Part shown: piece by piece, positions 62,154 through 62,396 of the stretch | Position numbering within the stretch: the first letter of the stretch is position 1 | How the letters are laid out: every line of letters starts with the position of its first letter | Assembly: GCF_001194135.2 (NCBI RefSeq) | Contig: NC_068983.1 | Span: 106,830,015 to 106,892,410 of the forward strand | Direction: 5' to 3' | DNA: 62,396 nucleotides | Source of the DNA: Octopus bimaculoides | Taxonomy: Eukaryota | Program-made: the position numbers and the translations under genes | Notes under the pieces: generated by a model | Seen by the model: the letters and a program-made list of their open reading frames with translations, nothing else | Databases searched by the model: none | Told to the model about the DNA's origin: nothing

Positions 62154-62396
62154 TTACTTCACGAATTTTACTTCAGGATTTGACATTTGGTGCATGAGAG
62201 AGTTTGATGCAGCTGCTCTCATCTGCGCCTCCTGCCGTGAAGTTGGTTCATCTGGGACACCTGACAGGAAGAGGTCTAGCCTTGTCTTGAAGACACCTAC
62301 ATCTACCGCATGCAGGTCTCTCAGGTCCTTCGGGAGGATATTGAAGAGCTGTGGACCTTTGAAGCCCAGGCTATTGCAGTATCTTGTCCTACATCT
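62154..62396 (-). CDS. CR1/L2-group LINE ORF2 C-terminus (runs off window)
   Basis: 81 codons including the stop: RCRTRYCNSLGFKGPQLFNILPKDLRDL...FKTRLDLFLSGVPDEP...RAAASNSLMHQ...K*; 3' UTR and tail to about 62065. Confidence 0.82.
   Translation of the reverse strand, partial: RCRTRYCNSLGFKGPQLFNILPKDLRDLHAVDVGVFKTRLDLFLSGVPDEPTSRQEAQMRAAASNSLMHQMSNPEVKFVK

Overview
AT-rich, repeat-saturated eukaryotic DNA from a fragmented assembly (about 13 N-gaps). The repeat content suggests a coleoid cephalopod, most likely Octopus; this is inference from repeat-family recall, not a database hit. I recognise no intact host gene, only a few low-confidence spliced-exon candidates. Almost all ORF-track entries are microsatellite or N-gap artefacts. 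Identifiable content: three tRNA-derived SINE families, many RTE-like LINE 3' ends, a CR1-like LINE ORF2 end, Dong/R4-like LINE fragments, two decayed mariners (one with both TIRs and TA TSD), a decayed piggyBac transposase, TTAA-flanked piggyBac-type MITEs, an hAT-type MITE with 8-bp TSD, an LTR with a duplicated tRNA-Trp PBS, and several Penelope-like element (PLE) fragments (two GIY-YIG-region ORF pieces). The most interesting signal is a set of type I hammerhead ribozyme (HHR) motifs and about nine fold-back inverted repeats. In several of these the fold centre lies just 5' of the HHR catalytic core, so an HHR is paired with its own antisense copy. Also notable: two HHRs with long stem II insertions, a roughly 440-bp inverted templated insertion copied from 15 kb away, and a SINE/LINE shared 3' hairpin with compensatory changes. 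All alignments, folds and translations were done by eye; coordinates of decayed repeats are approximate.
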